Source: Candidatus Delongbacteria bacterium (GTDB lineage: Bacteria; UBA4055). From it: a stretch of DNA of 52,251 bases. This document shows, piece by piece, positions 16,629 through 26,222 of the stretch. The stretch is taken from the NCBI GenBank assembly GCA_016937995.1, contig JAFGVM010000008.1, positions 1 through 52,251 of the forward strand, given 5' to 3'. Each line of letters begins with the position of its first letter. Within the stretch, counting starts at the first letter, position 1. The translations under genes and the position numbers were made by a program. Under the pieces are notes generated by a model. It saw nothing but the letters and a program-made list of their open reading frames with translations. It ran no database searches and was not told the origin of the DNA.

Positions 16629-18662
16629 TTATACACTAATTTTTGTTGAATTTTTGTTAATATACAGATCTGCCATCAACCTAGTCATTACAACAGCTGT
16701 AAACATACTCCACATGATCCCGATCATTAATGTTAATGCAAATCCTTTAATTGGACCCGTACCGAATTGATACAGAGTAATACCTGCTATAAAGGTTGTA
16801 ATGTTTGCATCAAATATAACTTTGAAAGCCTGCTCATATCCTGCATTAACTGCAGAAAGGACAGTTCTTTTTTCAAGTAATTCGTCTTTGATCCTTTCGA
16901 AGATAAGAACATTCGCATCAACTGACATACCGATAGTAAGAATTATACCTGCAATACCAGGTAAGGTCAAAGTTGCTCTGAAGTAGCTTAAAGTTGCAAT
17001 TGTAAAAATCAGATTCAGGATCAAAGCTATAGCGGCAAATACACCACTGAGCTTATACCAGATTATCATAAATAAAATCACAATCGCTACACCAACGATG
17101 GAAGCGGTAACACCACTTTTAATTGAATCTGTACCTAAAGAAGGTCCGATAACTCTTTTTTCCATTATTTCCAAAGGAGCTTCTAAAGCACCGGCCTTTA
17201 GAACGATCGCCATATCTCTTGCTTCAGTCGGTGTTGAATTCCCCAGAGTAATGACACCTCTGCCATTAGGTATTCTGACCTGAATATTTGGAGCCATGTA
17301 TAATTTACCGTCAAGAATTATTGCAAGTCTTCTTCCCACATTGTTTCCTGTAATGTCAGCAAATCTTCTACCACCCTGTTTATCCAGCTCAAAAGGAACT
17401 TCCCATCCACCCATTGCTGAATTTCCTGAAGCAACAGTCGCATTTGCCTCAATTATAGAAGTACCATCCAATTCAGCTTTTTTCAGAACAAGGAATAATT
17501 CATAGTACTTATCATCATTAAGGATCACCGGTTTGTTTTTCCATACAAATTCATATTTTCCTAAGATGCCTCGGACATTGTCTTTTTTAATGATCTCATC
17601 GATCTTAAGCTTATTACTTTCCTTTACTAAAATTTCACCGCCACGACCACCTACGAGTAACGCTTTGAAAGGGTGTTTTTTTATCATGTCGGAATCTGAT
17701 AAAGCCATATCTGTAGAATCTGATGTTGTGTCAGAAAGTAACTTTGTAGCATCTTCAGCAACAGAAGAATCTGTATTTGATATCTCTTTTTTATCAGGTT
17801 TTACTAATTCTTCAGTAGAATCGGTATCTTTCAAATCATCAGGCATGTTTGGGGAATCACTCAAAAGCGCATTGTCAATCTCGTCAAATTTCTTTTGAAT
17901 ATCCTCATTTTCAGCAACAAGTTTAAATTCCAGGAACGCTGCTCTATTGACAAGGTTTGCAGCTCTTTCCTCATCTTTAACACCCGGAAGCTCGACAATT
18001 ATTCTATGGTTCCCACGTTTCTGAATAGATGGTTCTGCTATTCCGAATTGATCGATCCTGTTTCTAAGTACTTCCAAGGTTGTTATTACTCCTTTTTTCG
18101 CAGCACTGTCTAGAGTGGCAATGATCTTTTCGTCAGAATCATTACTCTTGCCAAAATACAGGTTCATAGGAATATTCTTTGATGTGAAAGCCGATCTTAC
18201 CTGATTGAAGTATAGGGATTTATTATTCCCCGATTTACTTTTTGCAATAGCAAGTATATCGTCAAGCTGCTTGTCTTTAACTTTTGCTTTGTTCTTCAAC
18301 AGTTTGTCATAATCTATCTCAAGTACAAGATGCATGCCACCTTGAAGGTCAAGACCTAAAGCTAAACTTTTTTGGTTAAGTTTGTCAAATTCCGCGATCT
18401 TCTCGATTTCCTCTTCCGCTAAAGTAAGATATTCCGGATCATTTCCAAAATTCTCAAATAGATTATTCTCCAGAACAGTAAGTTTCTCACCCTGTTTTTT
18501 CTTCTGAATGATCTTGTCGACATCGACTTTTGTTTTGACTTTTTCGATCATATCTTTTTCTGATGAGAAATATACTTTATATGTCGGTACCAAAGAATAT
18601 AGAGCCCATGAAAATAATAGTGCGAAAACCACCCATCTCACAATGTTATTATGTTCGTTCAT
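16629..18662 (-). CDS. secD: Protein translocase subunit SecD (start corrected to ATG at 18662)
   Basis: LGLDLQGG, RNRIDQFGIAEPSI, IIVELPG, IGPSLG, LTLPGIAG, GMSVDANVLIFERI, DANITT. RBS GGAGG precedes 18662. Confidence 0.96.
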   Translation of the reverse strand: MNEHNNIVRWVVFALLFSWALYSLVPTYKVYFSSEKDMIEKVKTKVDVDKIIQKKKQGEKLTVLENNLFENFGNDPEYLTLAEEEIEKIAEFDKLNQKSLALGLDLQGGMHLVLEIDYDKLLKNKAKVKDKQLDDILAIAKSKSGNNKSLYFNQVRSAFTSKNIPMNLYFGKSNDSDEKIIATLDSAAKKGVITTLEVLRNRIDQFGIAEPSIQKRGNHRIIVELPGVKDEERAANLVNRAAFLEFKLVAENEDIQKKFDEIDNALLSDSPNMPDDLKDTDSTEELVKPDKKEISNTDSSVAEDATKLLSDTTSDSTDMALSDSDMIKKHPFKALLVGGRGGEILVKESNKLKIDEIIKKDNVRGILGKYEFVWKNKPVILNDDKYYELFLVLKKAELDGTSIIEANATVASGNSAMGGWEVPFELDKQGGRRFADITGNNVGRRLAIILDGKLYMAPNIQVRIPNGRGVITLGNSTPTEARDMAIVLKAGALEAPLEIMEKRVIGPSLGTDSIKSGVTASIVGVAIVILFMIIWYKLSGVFAAIALILNLIFTIATLSYFRATLTLPGIAGIILTIGMSVDANVLIFERIKDELLEKRTVLSAVNAGYEQAFKVIFDANITTFIAGITLYQFGTGPIKGFALTLMIGIMWSMFTAVVMTRLMADLYINKNSTKISV

Positions 18663-18747
18663 AAATTTTAAATCCTCCGAGTAAGTAAGCAAATAATTTA
18701 ATATTCCCCAGGAAACAGCCTAGAACACAGGTGTCTTCCAAGAAGGT

Positions 18748-18779
18748 GAAAATATAATGTATATATAATATTTTGTCAA
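18748..18779 (-). promoter_or_regulatory. Promoter of secDF
   Basis: Minus strand TTGACA-N17-TATATTTTC. Confidence 0.65.
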
Positions 18780-18912
18780 TACAAATAATAAACCGGTAAA
18801 AGGATCGAACTATCTTAAAATACTGAAAGCGAATTTAATGCTACAGTATATCTGAAACAAGGTCATGAACTTGGTAAATATAAGGAATGGAATAAAATCT
18901 TAAGATAACATC

Positions 18913-18943
18913 TTGACTTTACTGTTTTATTACATTATATTTG
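18913..18943 (+). promoter_or_regulatory. Promoter of rplU-rpmA
   Basis: TTGACT-N17-TATATTTG. Confidence 0.65.
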
Positions 18944-18980
18944 CACTCTCGAAAAAATTAAACAACAAACGAGGCTTGGA

Positions 18981-19295
18981 ATGTACGCAGTGGTTGAGAT
19001 CTCAGGAAAACAACAGTTAGTTAAAGAGAATGAGATAATTAAAATTGACAGATTACCGTATAATGATGGTGATACTTTCGAAATTACCAATGTTTTGGCA
19101 ATTGGAGAAGGTGAATCAGCTAGTTTTGGTACACCATATATCGCAGGTGCTTCTGTAAAATTTTCAGTGGTTGAAAACAAGAAAGATAAAAAAGTTATTG
19201 TCTTCAAGAAGAAAAGAAGAAAGGGCTATGAAGTAAAGCGTGGTCACAGACAATATTTATCTGTTGTGAAAGTGGAAAAAATAGTAACAGCTTAG
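18981..19295 (+). CDS. rplU: 50S ribosomal protein L21
   Basis: MYAVVEISGKQ...KVIVFKKKRRKGY..KRGHRQ. Confidence 0.97.
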   Translation: MYAVVEISGKQQLVKENEIIKIDRLPYNDGDTFEITNVLAIGEGESASFGTPYIAGASVKFSVVENKKDKKVIVFKKKRRKGYEVKRGHRQYLSVVKVEKIVTA

Positions 19296-19321
19296 TTTAA
19301 TAAAATTATATAGAGGATATC

Positions 19322-19582
19322 ATGGCTCACAAGAAAGGTGTCGGTAGTTCTAAGAACGGAAGAGACAGCAATCCTAAGATGCTAGGAGTTAAATTATACG
19401 GTGGTCAGACTGCAAAAGCAGGAGCTATCATCGTTCGTCAAAGAGGAACTCAATTTCATCCGGGGAATAATGTAGGTATCGGCAACGACCATACTCTTTT
19501 CGCAAAAGCAGAAGGAATTGTTATATTTGCAAGAAAGGCAAAAGGTAAAAAATTTGTATCGGTAGTTCCAAGGGAACAATAG
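19322..19582 (+). CDS. rpmA: 50S ribosomal protein L27
   Basis: [24 protein letters not shown]...IIVRQRGT. Confidence 0.98.
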   Translation: MAHKKGVGSSKNGRDSNPKMLGVKLYGGQTAKAGAIIVRQRGTQFHPGNNVGIGNDHTLFAKAEGIVIFARKAKGKKFVSVVPREQ

Positions 19583-19601
19583 TAGTATAAGTATAGAATT
19601 T

Positions 19602-19628
19602 AAAGGTCTTGTTTTAAGACCTTTTTTT
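19602..19628 (+). terminator. Intrinsic terminator after rpmA
   Basis: AAAGGTCTT-GTTTT-AAGACCTTT followed by a T run. Confidence 0.8.
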
Positions 19629-19647
19629 ATTTACAGGCGTTTTTAAT

Positions 19648-20124
19648 ATGAGTTATGGGCATTGGCTAAATATCGTTCTATTTGAACCCGAAATACCCGC
19701 TAATACAGGGAATATTGGAAGGCTTTGTGTTGGATTAAAAGCGAAACTTCATCTGATCGAGCCTTTAGGTTTCAGCCTGGAGCAGAAAGAGGTAAAAAGA
19801 GCAGGTCTGGATTATTGGAAAAATTTAAAATTGCAGGTTTACAGTTCACTGGAAGATTTCTTAAAAGTAAATAAAAATATCAGTTATTACTATGCTTCAA
19901 CTAAGGCATCCAAACCTTACACAGCTGTGAAGTACCAACTTAATGATTATATTTTCTTCGGGAAAGAAAGTGGAGGATTGCCTGAAATATTCCACAAATA
20001 CCATTCTGAAAAAGGTATAACATTACCGATGTCCGACCAGATAAGGTCCATAAACTTAAGTAATTCATGTGCTATCATATTGTATGAGGCATTCAGGCAG
20101 TTATCTTCCAATATAGACATATAG
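19648..20124 (+). CDS. trmL: tRNA (cytidine/uridine-34-2'-O)-methyltransferase, SPOUT family
   Basis: EPEIPANTGNIGR, LHLIEPLGF, RAGLDYW, FGKESGGLP, RSINLSN. Confidence 0.95.
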   Translation: MSYGHWLNIVLFEPEIPANTGNIGRLCVGLKAKLHLIEPLGFSLEQKEVKRAGLDYWKNLKLQVYSSLEDFLKVNKNISYYYASTKASKPYTAVKYQLNDYIFFGKESGGLPEIFHKYHSEKGITLPMSDQIRSINLSNSCAIILYEAFRQLSSNIDI

Positions 20125-20346
20125 TGTCAAAAGTTCCAGAATTTCAGGGTATGAGTTATATATTATCAGCGACTGTAAAATAAAAAAAAAAATCCTTGTC
20201 CAAGTTTATTTTAGTGTATATATTTACTCACTGATACCTTATAGTCATAGCTATGTTTACACGTGAGCAGATGTGTAAATGAGTTTGTGGTATTAAATTG
20301 TGTAAAAAAAAATAATATAAAAAATAGAATTTTAGGAGGAAAAGGA

Positions 20347-21798
20347 ATGAAAATTCTAAAAACAGTATTGATAGCTCTATTGTTTCTTGTAGGCTTGGTT
20401 AGTGCTCAGATCAAAGCTCATTCAATAGACATATCTCCATTAGTGGGTATTTATGTTTTCGAGCAGAATATGGACATTGACCTTGAAAACAAAGGTTATT
20501 TTGGAATGCGTTTCGGTTACAACATCACAAGCAATTGGGCGGTAGAAGCCACAGGAGCATATTCAAAAACTCAGACTTTAGAAAACTGGAGAACTCCGTA
20601 CGGAAGAACTTTACTAGCGGATACTGGAGTTGATTTTTATTTATTCCACATGGATTTCTTATACCATATAAGTCCACAGGATGTTGTGACTCCTTACGTT
20701 GCTTTCGGTGGTGGTGCATCAAATATAGATCCTGAAGGATTTGACAGTAACATAACACCTATGATCAACTACGGAGTTGGTTTTAAGTATTCGATAATAG
20801 AAGTATTGGCTTTTAGAGCTGACATGAGACATCTTTTAGCAATTGATACTTTTGAGGACTTTGACACAATGGGTAATGATTTTCATAACCAGTTATCTAT
20901 TGATGTGGGACTAACTTACGCTATAGGTGGAGAGAGTACTGATATAGACAAGGACGGTATTGTTAATAAAAAGGATAAATGTCCTACAGTTCCTGAAGAT
21001 AAGGATGGTTTTGAAGATGAGGACGGATGTCCGGATCTTGACAATGACAAGGATGGTATAGCGGATCTTAAGGATAAGTGTCCAAATACACCTGAAGATA
21101 AAGACGGATTTGAAGATGAGGACGGTTGTCCGGATCTTGATAACGATAAAGATGGTATCTTAGACGTTGACGATAAGTGTCCAAACGATCCTGAAGATTT
21201 TGACGGATTCCAGGATGAGGACGGTTGTCCGGATCTTGACAGAGACGGAGATGGTATCCAGGATGTTGATGATAAGTGTCCAGATGATCCTGAAGATTTT
21301 GACGGATTTGAAGATAAAGATGGATGTCCGGAACCTGACAATGATAAAGATGGTATACTTGATCCAGTTGACAAGTGTCCAAACGATGCTGAAACATTTA
21401 ACGGATTTGAAGATGAAGATGGTTGTCCGGATGCTATAATATTAAAGAAAGATGATACTATCAACCTTGACAATATTTACTTCAAAACAGGAAAAGCTGA
21501 ACTTACTGAAGCTTCATTCCCGACTTTAAATTCAGTGAAGAGAATATTTATTGATAACCCTGGAATCGTAATCCAGATAGAGGGTCATACTGACAGTCAA
21601 GGAAGTGCCGCTTACAACAAGAGCCTTTCAGGAAAAAGAGCTGAATCAGTTATGAATTATCTAACAACAAAGCTTAATATACCTCAAAGTCAATTAACAG
21701 CAGTAGGTTTTGGAGAAGATAAACCGATAGCTGATAACAAGACTAAAGAAGGAAGAGCTAAGAACAGAAGGATCGAATTCAGAGTAATGTCAAGATAA
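20347..21798 (+). CDS. OmpA-family outer membrane protein: beta-barrel, thrombospondin type-3 repeats, OmpA-C peptidoglycan-binding domain (start corrected to 20347)
   Basis: RBS AGGAGG; signal peptide MKILKTVLIALLFLVGLVSA; DxDxDG..D.CP repeats; IYFKTGKA, IEGHTDSQG...LSGKRAESV, GRAKNRRIEF. Confidence 0.92.
   Translation: MKILKTVLIALLFLVGLVSAQIKAHSIDISPLVGIYVFEQNMDIDLENKGYFGMRFGYNITSNWAVEATGAYSKTQTLENWRTPYGRTLLADTGVDFYLFHMDFLYHISPQDVVTPYVAFGGGASNIDPEGFDSNITPMINYGVGFKYSIIEVLAFRADMRHLLAIDTFEDFDTMGNDFHNQLSIDVGLTYAIGGESTDIDKDGIVNKKDKCPTVPEDKDGFEDEDGCPDLDNDKDGIADLKDKCPNTPEDKDGFEDEDGCPDLDNDKDGILDVDDKCPNDPEDFDGFQDEDGCPDLDRDGDGIQDVDDKCPDDPEDFDGFEDKDGCPEPDNDKDGILDPVDKCPNDAETFNGFEDEDGCPDAIILKKDDTINLDNIYFKTGKAELTEASFPTLNSVKRIFIDNPGIVIQIEGHTDSQGSAAYNKSLSGKRAESVMNYLTTKLNIPQSQLTAVGFGEDKPIADNKTKEGRAKNRRIEFRVMSR
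20941..21435 (+). repeat. Five tandem 99-bp coding repeats (33-aa TSP3-like Ca-binding units)
   Basis: Unit DxDxDGIxDxxDKCPxxPEDxDGFEDEDGCPDL repeated five times in the translation. Confidence 0.9.
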
Positions 21799-21815
21799 TC
21801 TGACAACTTTACGAT

Positions 21816-21849
21816 AAAAAAGGGCTACAAAAATGTAGCCCTTTTTTTT
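21816..21849 (+). terminator. Intrinsic terminator after the ompA-family gene
   Basis: AAAAAAGGGCTACA-AAAA-TGTAGCCCTTTTTTTT. Confidence 0.88.
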
Positions 21850-21915
21850 ATCATTTAAGTTGATTTTTAGAAATAGTGTAATTACTTTTGGTTAAATTTT
21901 AGAGATGGAGTTCAT

Positions 21916-23289
21916 ATGAATTATGATGTATTAGTTTTAGGCGGTGGTCCCGGAGGTTACACAGCTGCAATCAGAGCAAATCAGTATGGATTAAAAACAG
22001 CAATCATAGAAAAAGATAAGCTGGGAGGTACATGCTTAAACAGAGGATGTATCCCTACGAAATCTATCTTATCTTCTACAGAATTACTGTCAAAGATAAA
22101 GAAAAGTGAAGAGTTCGGTATATCTGTTGAAAATGTAAAGGTCAGTATCGAAAAGATCATACAAAGAAAACAGGAAATAGTTGATAGTTTAGTTGGCGGG
22201 TTGGATAAAATATTTAAAATGAGAAAGATAGAGGTCTTTAACAGCTTTGGCAAACTTACAGGAAATAATGAGGTTACCTTGGATAATGGTGAAAAACTCA
22301 CTTCCAAAAATATTATTCTGGCAACAGGATCGGAACCATTAATAATTCCATTTTTCAATATTGACCATAAGAATGTAATATCAAGTGATGATGCATTACA
22401 AATGAAAGAGATACCTGAAAAGTTATTGATAATAGGTGGAGGTGTAGTAGGTTGTGAATTTGCTGGAATATATAACGATCTGGGTTCTGATGTAACAGTA
22501 GTTGAAATGCTTAAAACTCTTATTCCGACTGAAGATGTTCAGGTTTCAAGAACATTGCAAACTTCCTTCAAGAAAAAAGGTGTAATACTTAAGCTGCAGA
22601 CTAAAGTTGAGAAAATAGAGATCATTGAAGATAAAAAGATAAAAGTATATTTTAATGATTCCTCAGAGGAAGTATATACCAAAGTTCTGGCTGCCGGAGG
22701 CAGATCGATCAATATTAAGGGCAATGGAATTGACGAACAGAACATTATGATTAACGAGAAAAACTTTATTGAAATTAACAGTAAAATGCAAACATCAGTT
22801 TCAAATATATATGCGATAGGTGATATCACAGGAAAGTGGATGCTTGCTCATGTTGCTGCTACTCAGGGTCTGGTTGCTGCGGCAAATATTGCCGGAATCA
22901 AAAAGGAGATAAATTACAATAACGTTCCTTCTGCTGTATTTACCAACCCGGAAATTGCATCTATTGGTGAAAGGGAACAAGATCTGAAAGAAAAAGGGAT
23001 TGTTTATAGAACGGGAAGATTTTCATTTGCTGCTAATGGTAAAGCAAAAGGTTTGGGCGAAACGGATGGATTTGTAAAGATATTAACAGATATGTCGGGT
23101 GAAAAAGTATTAGGTGCTCATATTATAGGACCTCATGCTTCAGATCTTCTTCAGGAGCTGGTAATAATAAAGGAAAACGATCTTTCTCTGCATGATCTGA
23201 TAGATTCTATACATCCTCATCCTACGTTATGCGAATCTGTTCTTGAAGCAGCAGAAAGTGTATTTAAAATGGGAATTCACAGTATATAA
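21916..23289 (+). CDS. lpdA: Dihydrolipoamide dehydrogenase
   Basis: GGGPGGY, redox motif GGTCLNRGCIPTK, GGGVVGCEF, IHPHPTLCE. Confidence 0.95.
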   Translation: MNYDVLVLGGGPGGYTAAIRANQYGLKTAIIEKDKLGGTCLNRGCIPTKSILSSTELLSKIKKSEEFGISVENVKVSIEKIIQRKQEIVDSLVGGLDKIFKMRKIEVFNSFGKLTGNNEVTLDNGEKLTSKNIILATGSEPLIIPFFNIDHKNVISSDDALQMKEIPEKLLIIGGGVVGCEFAGIYNDLGSDVTVVEMLKTLIPTEDVQVSRTLQTSFKKKGVILKLQTKVEKIEIIEDKKIKVYFNDSSEEVYTKVLAAGGRSINIKGNGIDEQNIMINEKNFIEINSKMQTSVSNIYAIGDITGKWMLAHVAATQGLVAAANIAGIKKEINYNNVPSAVFTNPEIASIGEREQDLKEKGIVYRTGRFSFAANGKAKGLGETDGFVKILTDMSGEKVLGAHIIGPHASDLLQELVIIKENDLSLHDLIDSIHPHPTLCESVLEAAESVFKMGIHSI

Positions 23290-23318
23290 AAAAATGCCGG
23301 TTTTACCGGCATTTTTTT
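23288..23318. terminator. Bidirectional terminator between lpdA and ptsI
   Basis: AAAAAAATGCCGG-TTTTA-CCGGCATTTTTTT between convergent genes. Confidence 0.88.
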
Positions 23319-25086
23319 ATTTTATCATTCTCTCCCCAATGGTATTGGTAAAAAAATCTGAAAGTATTTTATTTATTTTCCTTCCGCTTCCATTCTGCAA
23401 ACATTGTTCTGCCAATTTTTCACAGTCTGATACAAGTTCTCTACGAATGATCTTTTTTACCACAGGTACTAAAAACGGTGTTACACTAAAATTTCTAAGT
23501 CCAAGTCCTAGTAATAAAGGTATGGCTATTGGATAAGCTGCCATCTGACCGCAAAGACTTATATATTTATTGTGTTTATTCGCAGATTCAATGGATATTT
23601 TTATAAGTTGGATCACTGCGGGATGAAGTGAATCAAAAATATGACTTACTTTTTCATTTCCACGGTCAGCAGCAAGGGTATATTGAGTAAGATCATTTGT
23701 TCCGATACTGAAAAAATCCACCAAAGGAGCTATATGATCAACGATCATCACAACAGACGGTATCTCAAGCATAATTCCAATTTTGATCTTTTTATCAACA
23801 TTATAACCTTCTGATATCATTTCATTTTTTACCCGACCAATTATCCCTTTTATCCTTTTAACTTCATAAATATCTGTAACGAAAGGAATTATTATCCAAA
23901 TATTTTTTCTATGTGAAGCTCTTAAAATCGCTCTAAGGTGAGATCGAAGAATATCCGGATGATCAAATAACAGTCTTAAACCTCTTACTCCAAGGAAAGG
24001 ATTATCTTCTTTGAGCCTTAATTTATCCTGCAGTTTATCTCCCCCAATGTCAAGAAGTCTGATTATAACATTGTTCGGGAAGATATCTTTACTGACTTTA
24101 TCATATATACGATATTGTTCCTCTTCCGATAAAATGCTTAAACTGCTTTCAAACAGGAATTCCGTTCTAAATAAACCGATACCCTCACCGGACCATTTCA
24201 GAACACTTTCTACTTCATCATCAGTTTGAATATTACATGAAATACTAACCTTGTGCTTGTCCAGAGTTTCTGACTTTAGTTTTGCTATGTTCAGATCTTC
24301 AAGGTATTGTTTTTCTTCAGCATGCTGCATTTTTTTATATACTTCAAAGGTCGTAGGTGTAGGATTGATGATGACTTTGCCGGTATATCCGTCTACAATA
24401 ATTAAAGAAGTATCATCGATCCATTTTCCGATCCCCTGAACACCGACGATAGCAGGTACGGCCATACCTCTCGCCATAATGGCGGCATGACTTGTACTTC
24501 CCCCATATTCAGTTATGATACCCAGAATATGTTCTCTGTCGAAATTAAGCGTGTCTGAAGGAAAAAGTTTCTTTGTTATAATAATTTTTTTACCGTTCAG
24601 CACAGTTGTATCATGTACTTCGTTTTTTTCTTCCGCTATAATATTGCTGATGATCCTTCTGCAGACATCCTCAACATCGAATGCTCTCTGAGAAAAATAC
24701 TCATTCTGTAAATTTTCAAAAGCAGTCTGGTAATCTTTCATTACCTTACTTACTGCATAAGAAGCCTGTACGTTCTGATTTGAAATAATTGAAATAGCTT
24801 CATCGATCAAAACAACATCATCAAGTATAAGAAGATGTGCATCAAAAATTTTAGCAGCATCTGCACTGTTATTTTTTAATGCCTTTTTTTTGTCATCAAT
24901 AATTAATGCTCGGGATTTTTCAATAGATCTTCGGTACTTTTGTATTTCCTGCTCTATTTCATGATCCTCAATAACATTTCTGGAAACATTCAAAGTTTCA
25001 TGGACATAATGAAAGGGGGTGCCTATACTTATTCCAGGTGATGCAGGAACTCCTTTTAATATTTTTTCTTTTCTCAGTTTAGGCAT
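23317..25086 (-). CDS. ptsI: PTS enzyme I (PEP-protein phosphotransferase)
   Basis: GVPASPG, phospho-His motif GGSTSHAAIMAR, GIGLFRTEF, DIGGDK, NPFLGVRG, SIGTNDLTQY. Confidence 0.96.
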   Translation of the reverse strand: MPKLRKEKILKGVPASPGISIGTPFHYVHETLNVSRNVIEDHEIEQEIQKYRRSIEKSRALIIDDKKKALKNNSADAAKIFDAHLLILDDVVLIDEAISIISNQNVQASYAVSKVMKDYQTAFENLQNEYFSQRAFDVEDVCRRIISNIIAEEKNEVHDTTVLNGKKIIITKKLFPSDTLNFDREHILGIITEYGGSTSHAAIMARGMAVPAIVGVQGIGKWIDDTSLIIVDGYTGKVIINPTPTTFEVYKKMQHAEEKQYLEDLNIAKLKSETLDKHKVSISCNIQTDDEVESVLKWSGEGIGLFRTEFLFESSLSILSEEEQYRIYDKVSKDIFPNNVIIRLLDIGGDKLQDKLRLKEDNPFLGVRGLRLLFDHPDILRSHLRAILRASHRKNIWIIIPFVTDIYEVKRIKGIIGRVKNEMISEGYNVDKKIKIGIMLEIPSVVMIVDHIAPLVDFFSIGTNDLTQYTLAADRGNEKVSHIFDSLHPAVIQLIKISIESANKHNKYISLCGQMAAYPIAIPLLLGLGLRNFSVTPFLVPVVKKIIRRELVSDCEKLAEQCLQNGSGRKINKILSDFFTNTIGERMIK

Positions 25087-25352
25087 TATTCTTCATGAAA
25101 TTTATTTTTTATAAGATTAACAATTTCTTCCATACACTCATCCTGATCATCCCCGTCACATTTTATAGTAATGTATGAGCCTTGTTCAGCTGCCAGCATC
25201 ATTACTCCCATTATCGATTTGGCATTTACTTCAAAACCATCTTTTTCTATGAAAACATCACAATCAAAACGTGTGGTAATTTTCACTAATTGAGCAGCGG
25301 GTCTTGCATGTAATCCAAGACTGTTAATTATTTCAACTTTCTTCTCGGTCAT
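25086..25352 (-). CDS. ptsH: Phosphocarrier protein HPr
   Basis: GLHARPAA (His15) and NAKSIMG (Ser46). Confidence 0.96.
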   Translation of the reverse strand: MTEKKVEIINSLGLHARPAAQLVKITTRFDCDVFIEKDGFEVNAKSIMGVMMLAAEQGSYITIKCDGDDQDECMEEIVNLIKNKFHEE

Positions 25353-25451
25353 TTGTTCAATTTCTTTACCTTAAATTTTTAGTTCTTCTTTTCTTTAATA
25401 ATGTAACGCCTTGAATTGAAAAAAACAATGATAATGCAAAAAATTATATTA

Positions 25452-26213
25452 TCACAAATAATAACTGAAAAAAATCAGATAGAAAACCAGAGTAATAACT
25501 GTGCTTACCTCTCTATAAATAACCGGTAGGAATTTAACAAAATAAAATATTAAGAAAGCACTGAATATCAAATTTAATAAATTCAAGCGGTTTTCTATAG
25601 GTTGATAAAGAAAAGACATCAAATTTACAATTAAGTATCCTGCTAAAATATCTCTTACATAAGATAATGTCTTGAGTATAGTTCTATACTTGTCACTTTT
25701 GAAAATACTTAGAGATTTATGTCCAAACTTATTACCGTGAGATATTCCGTAGAATCTTATTGAGAAATTGAATATATTAAAAAGCAAAAGGAGAAATAAT
25801 ACAAAAAACAAAGAAGATAAATCAAATGAGAGTCCGTTCATTATCATGATATTCAGTGATGCAAAAATAATTAACGGCATTATTGTTTTATTAATGAGAT
25901 TATCTCCCAATGCACCCAAAGTACCCGATAAAGTGTTTTTAATCCTTTCAAGATGTTCTAACGATTCTGATTGTTCCAATTTTATTATGATGCCAATTGC
26001 AAATCCGGATAAAAAGACATTTGTATTGAAAAAAGACATATGTCTCTGAAAAAAATCTTTATCATTCTGATCATTACAGAAAGACCTTTTGCCAACAGGT
26101 AATAGATTATAACAAATACCAACTCCGAACAAGTTCTTGTAATTATAAAATAATCTTATGAAAAAGGTCCTGAAAGTAAGTATTAATATTTCTTTTTTTG
26201 TCAGCACATCCAT
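25452..26213 (-). CDS. PTS mannose/fructose/sorbose-family IID component (divergent)
   Basis: YNYKNLFGVG, RHMSFFNTN and LSGTLGALGD correspond to IID motifs; adjacent to ptsH. Confidence 0.78.
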   Translation of the reverse strand: MDVLTKKEILILTFRTFFIRLFYNYKNLFGVGICYNLLPVGKRSFCNDQNDKDFFQRHMSFFNTNVFLSGFAIGIIIKLEQSESLEHLERIKNTLSGTLGALGDNLINKTIMPLIIFASLNIMIMNGLSFDLSSLFFVLFLLLLFNIFNFSIRFYGISHGNKFGHKSLSIFKSDKYRTILKTLSYVRDILAGYLIVNLMSFLYQPIENRLNLLNLIFSAFLIFYFVKFLPVIYREVSTVITLVFYLIFFSYYL

Positions 26214-26222
26214 AGTAATTTC

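Noticed and set aside
20941-21435. Regularly spaced repeats as a CRISPR array
   Set aside because: These are 99-bp in-frame coding repeats with synonymous variation, with no unique spacers and no cas genes.
20916-21473. 185-aa Ser-rich repetitive ORF on the minus strand (and overlapping 109/90-aa ORFs)
   Set aside because: Antisense or frame shadows of the Asp-rich TSP3 repeats of the OmpA-family gene.
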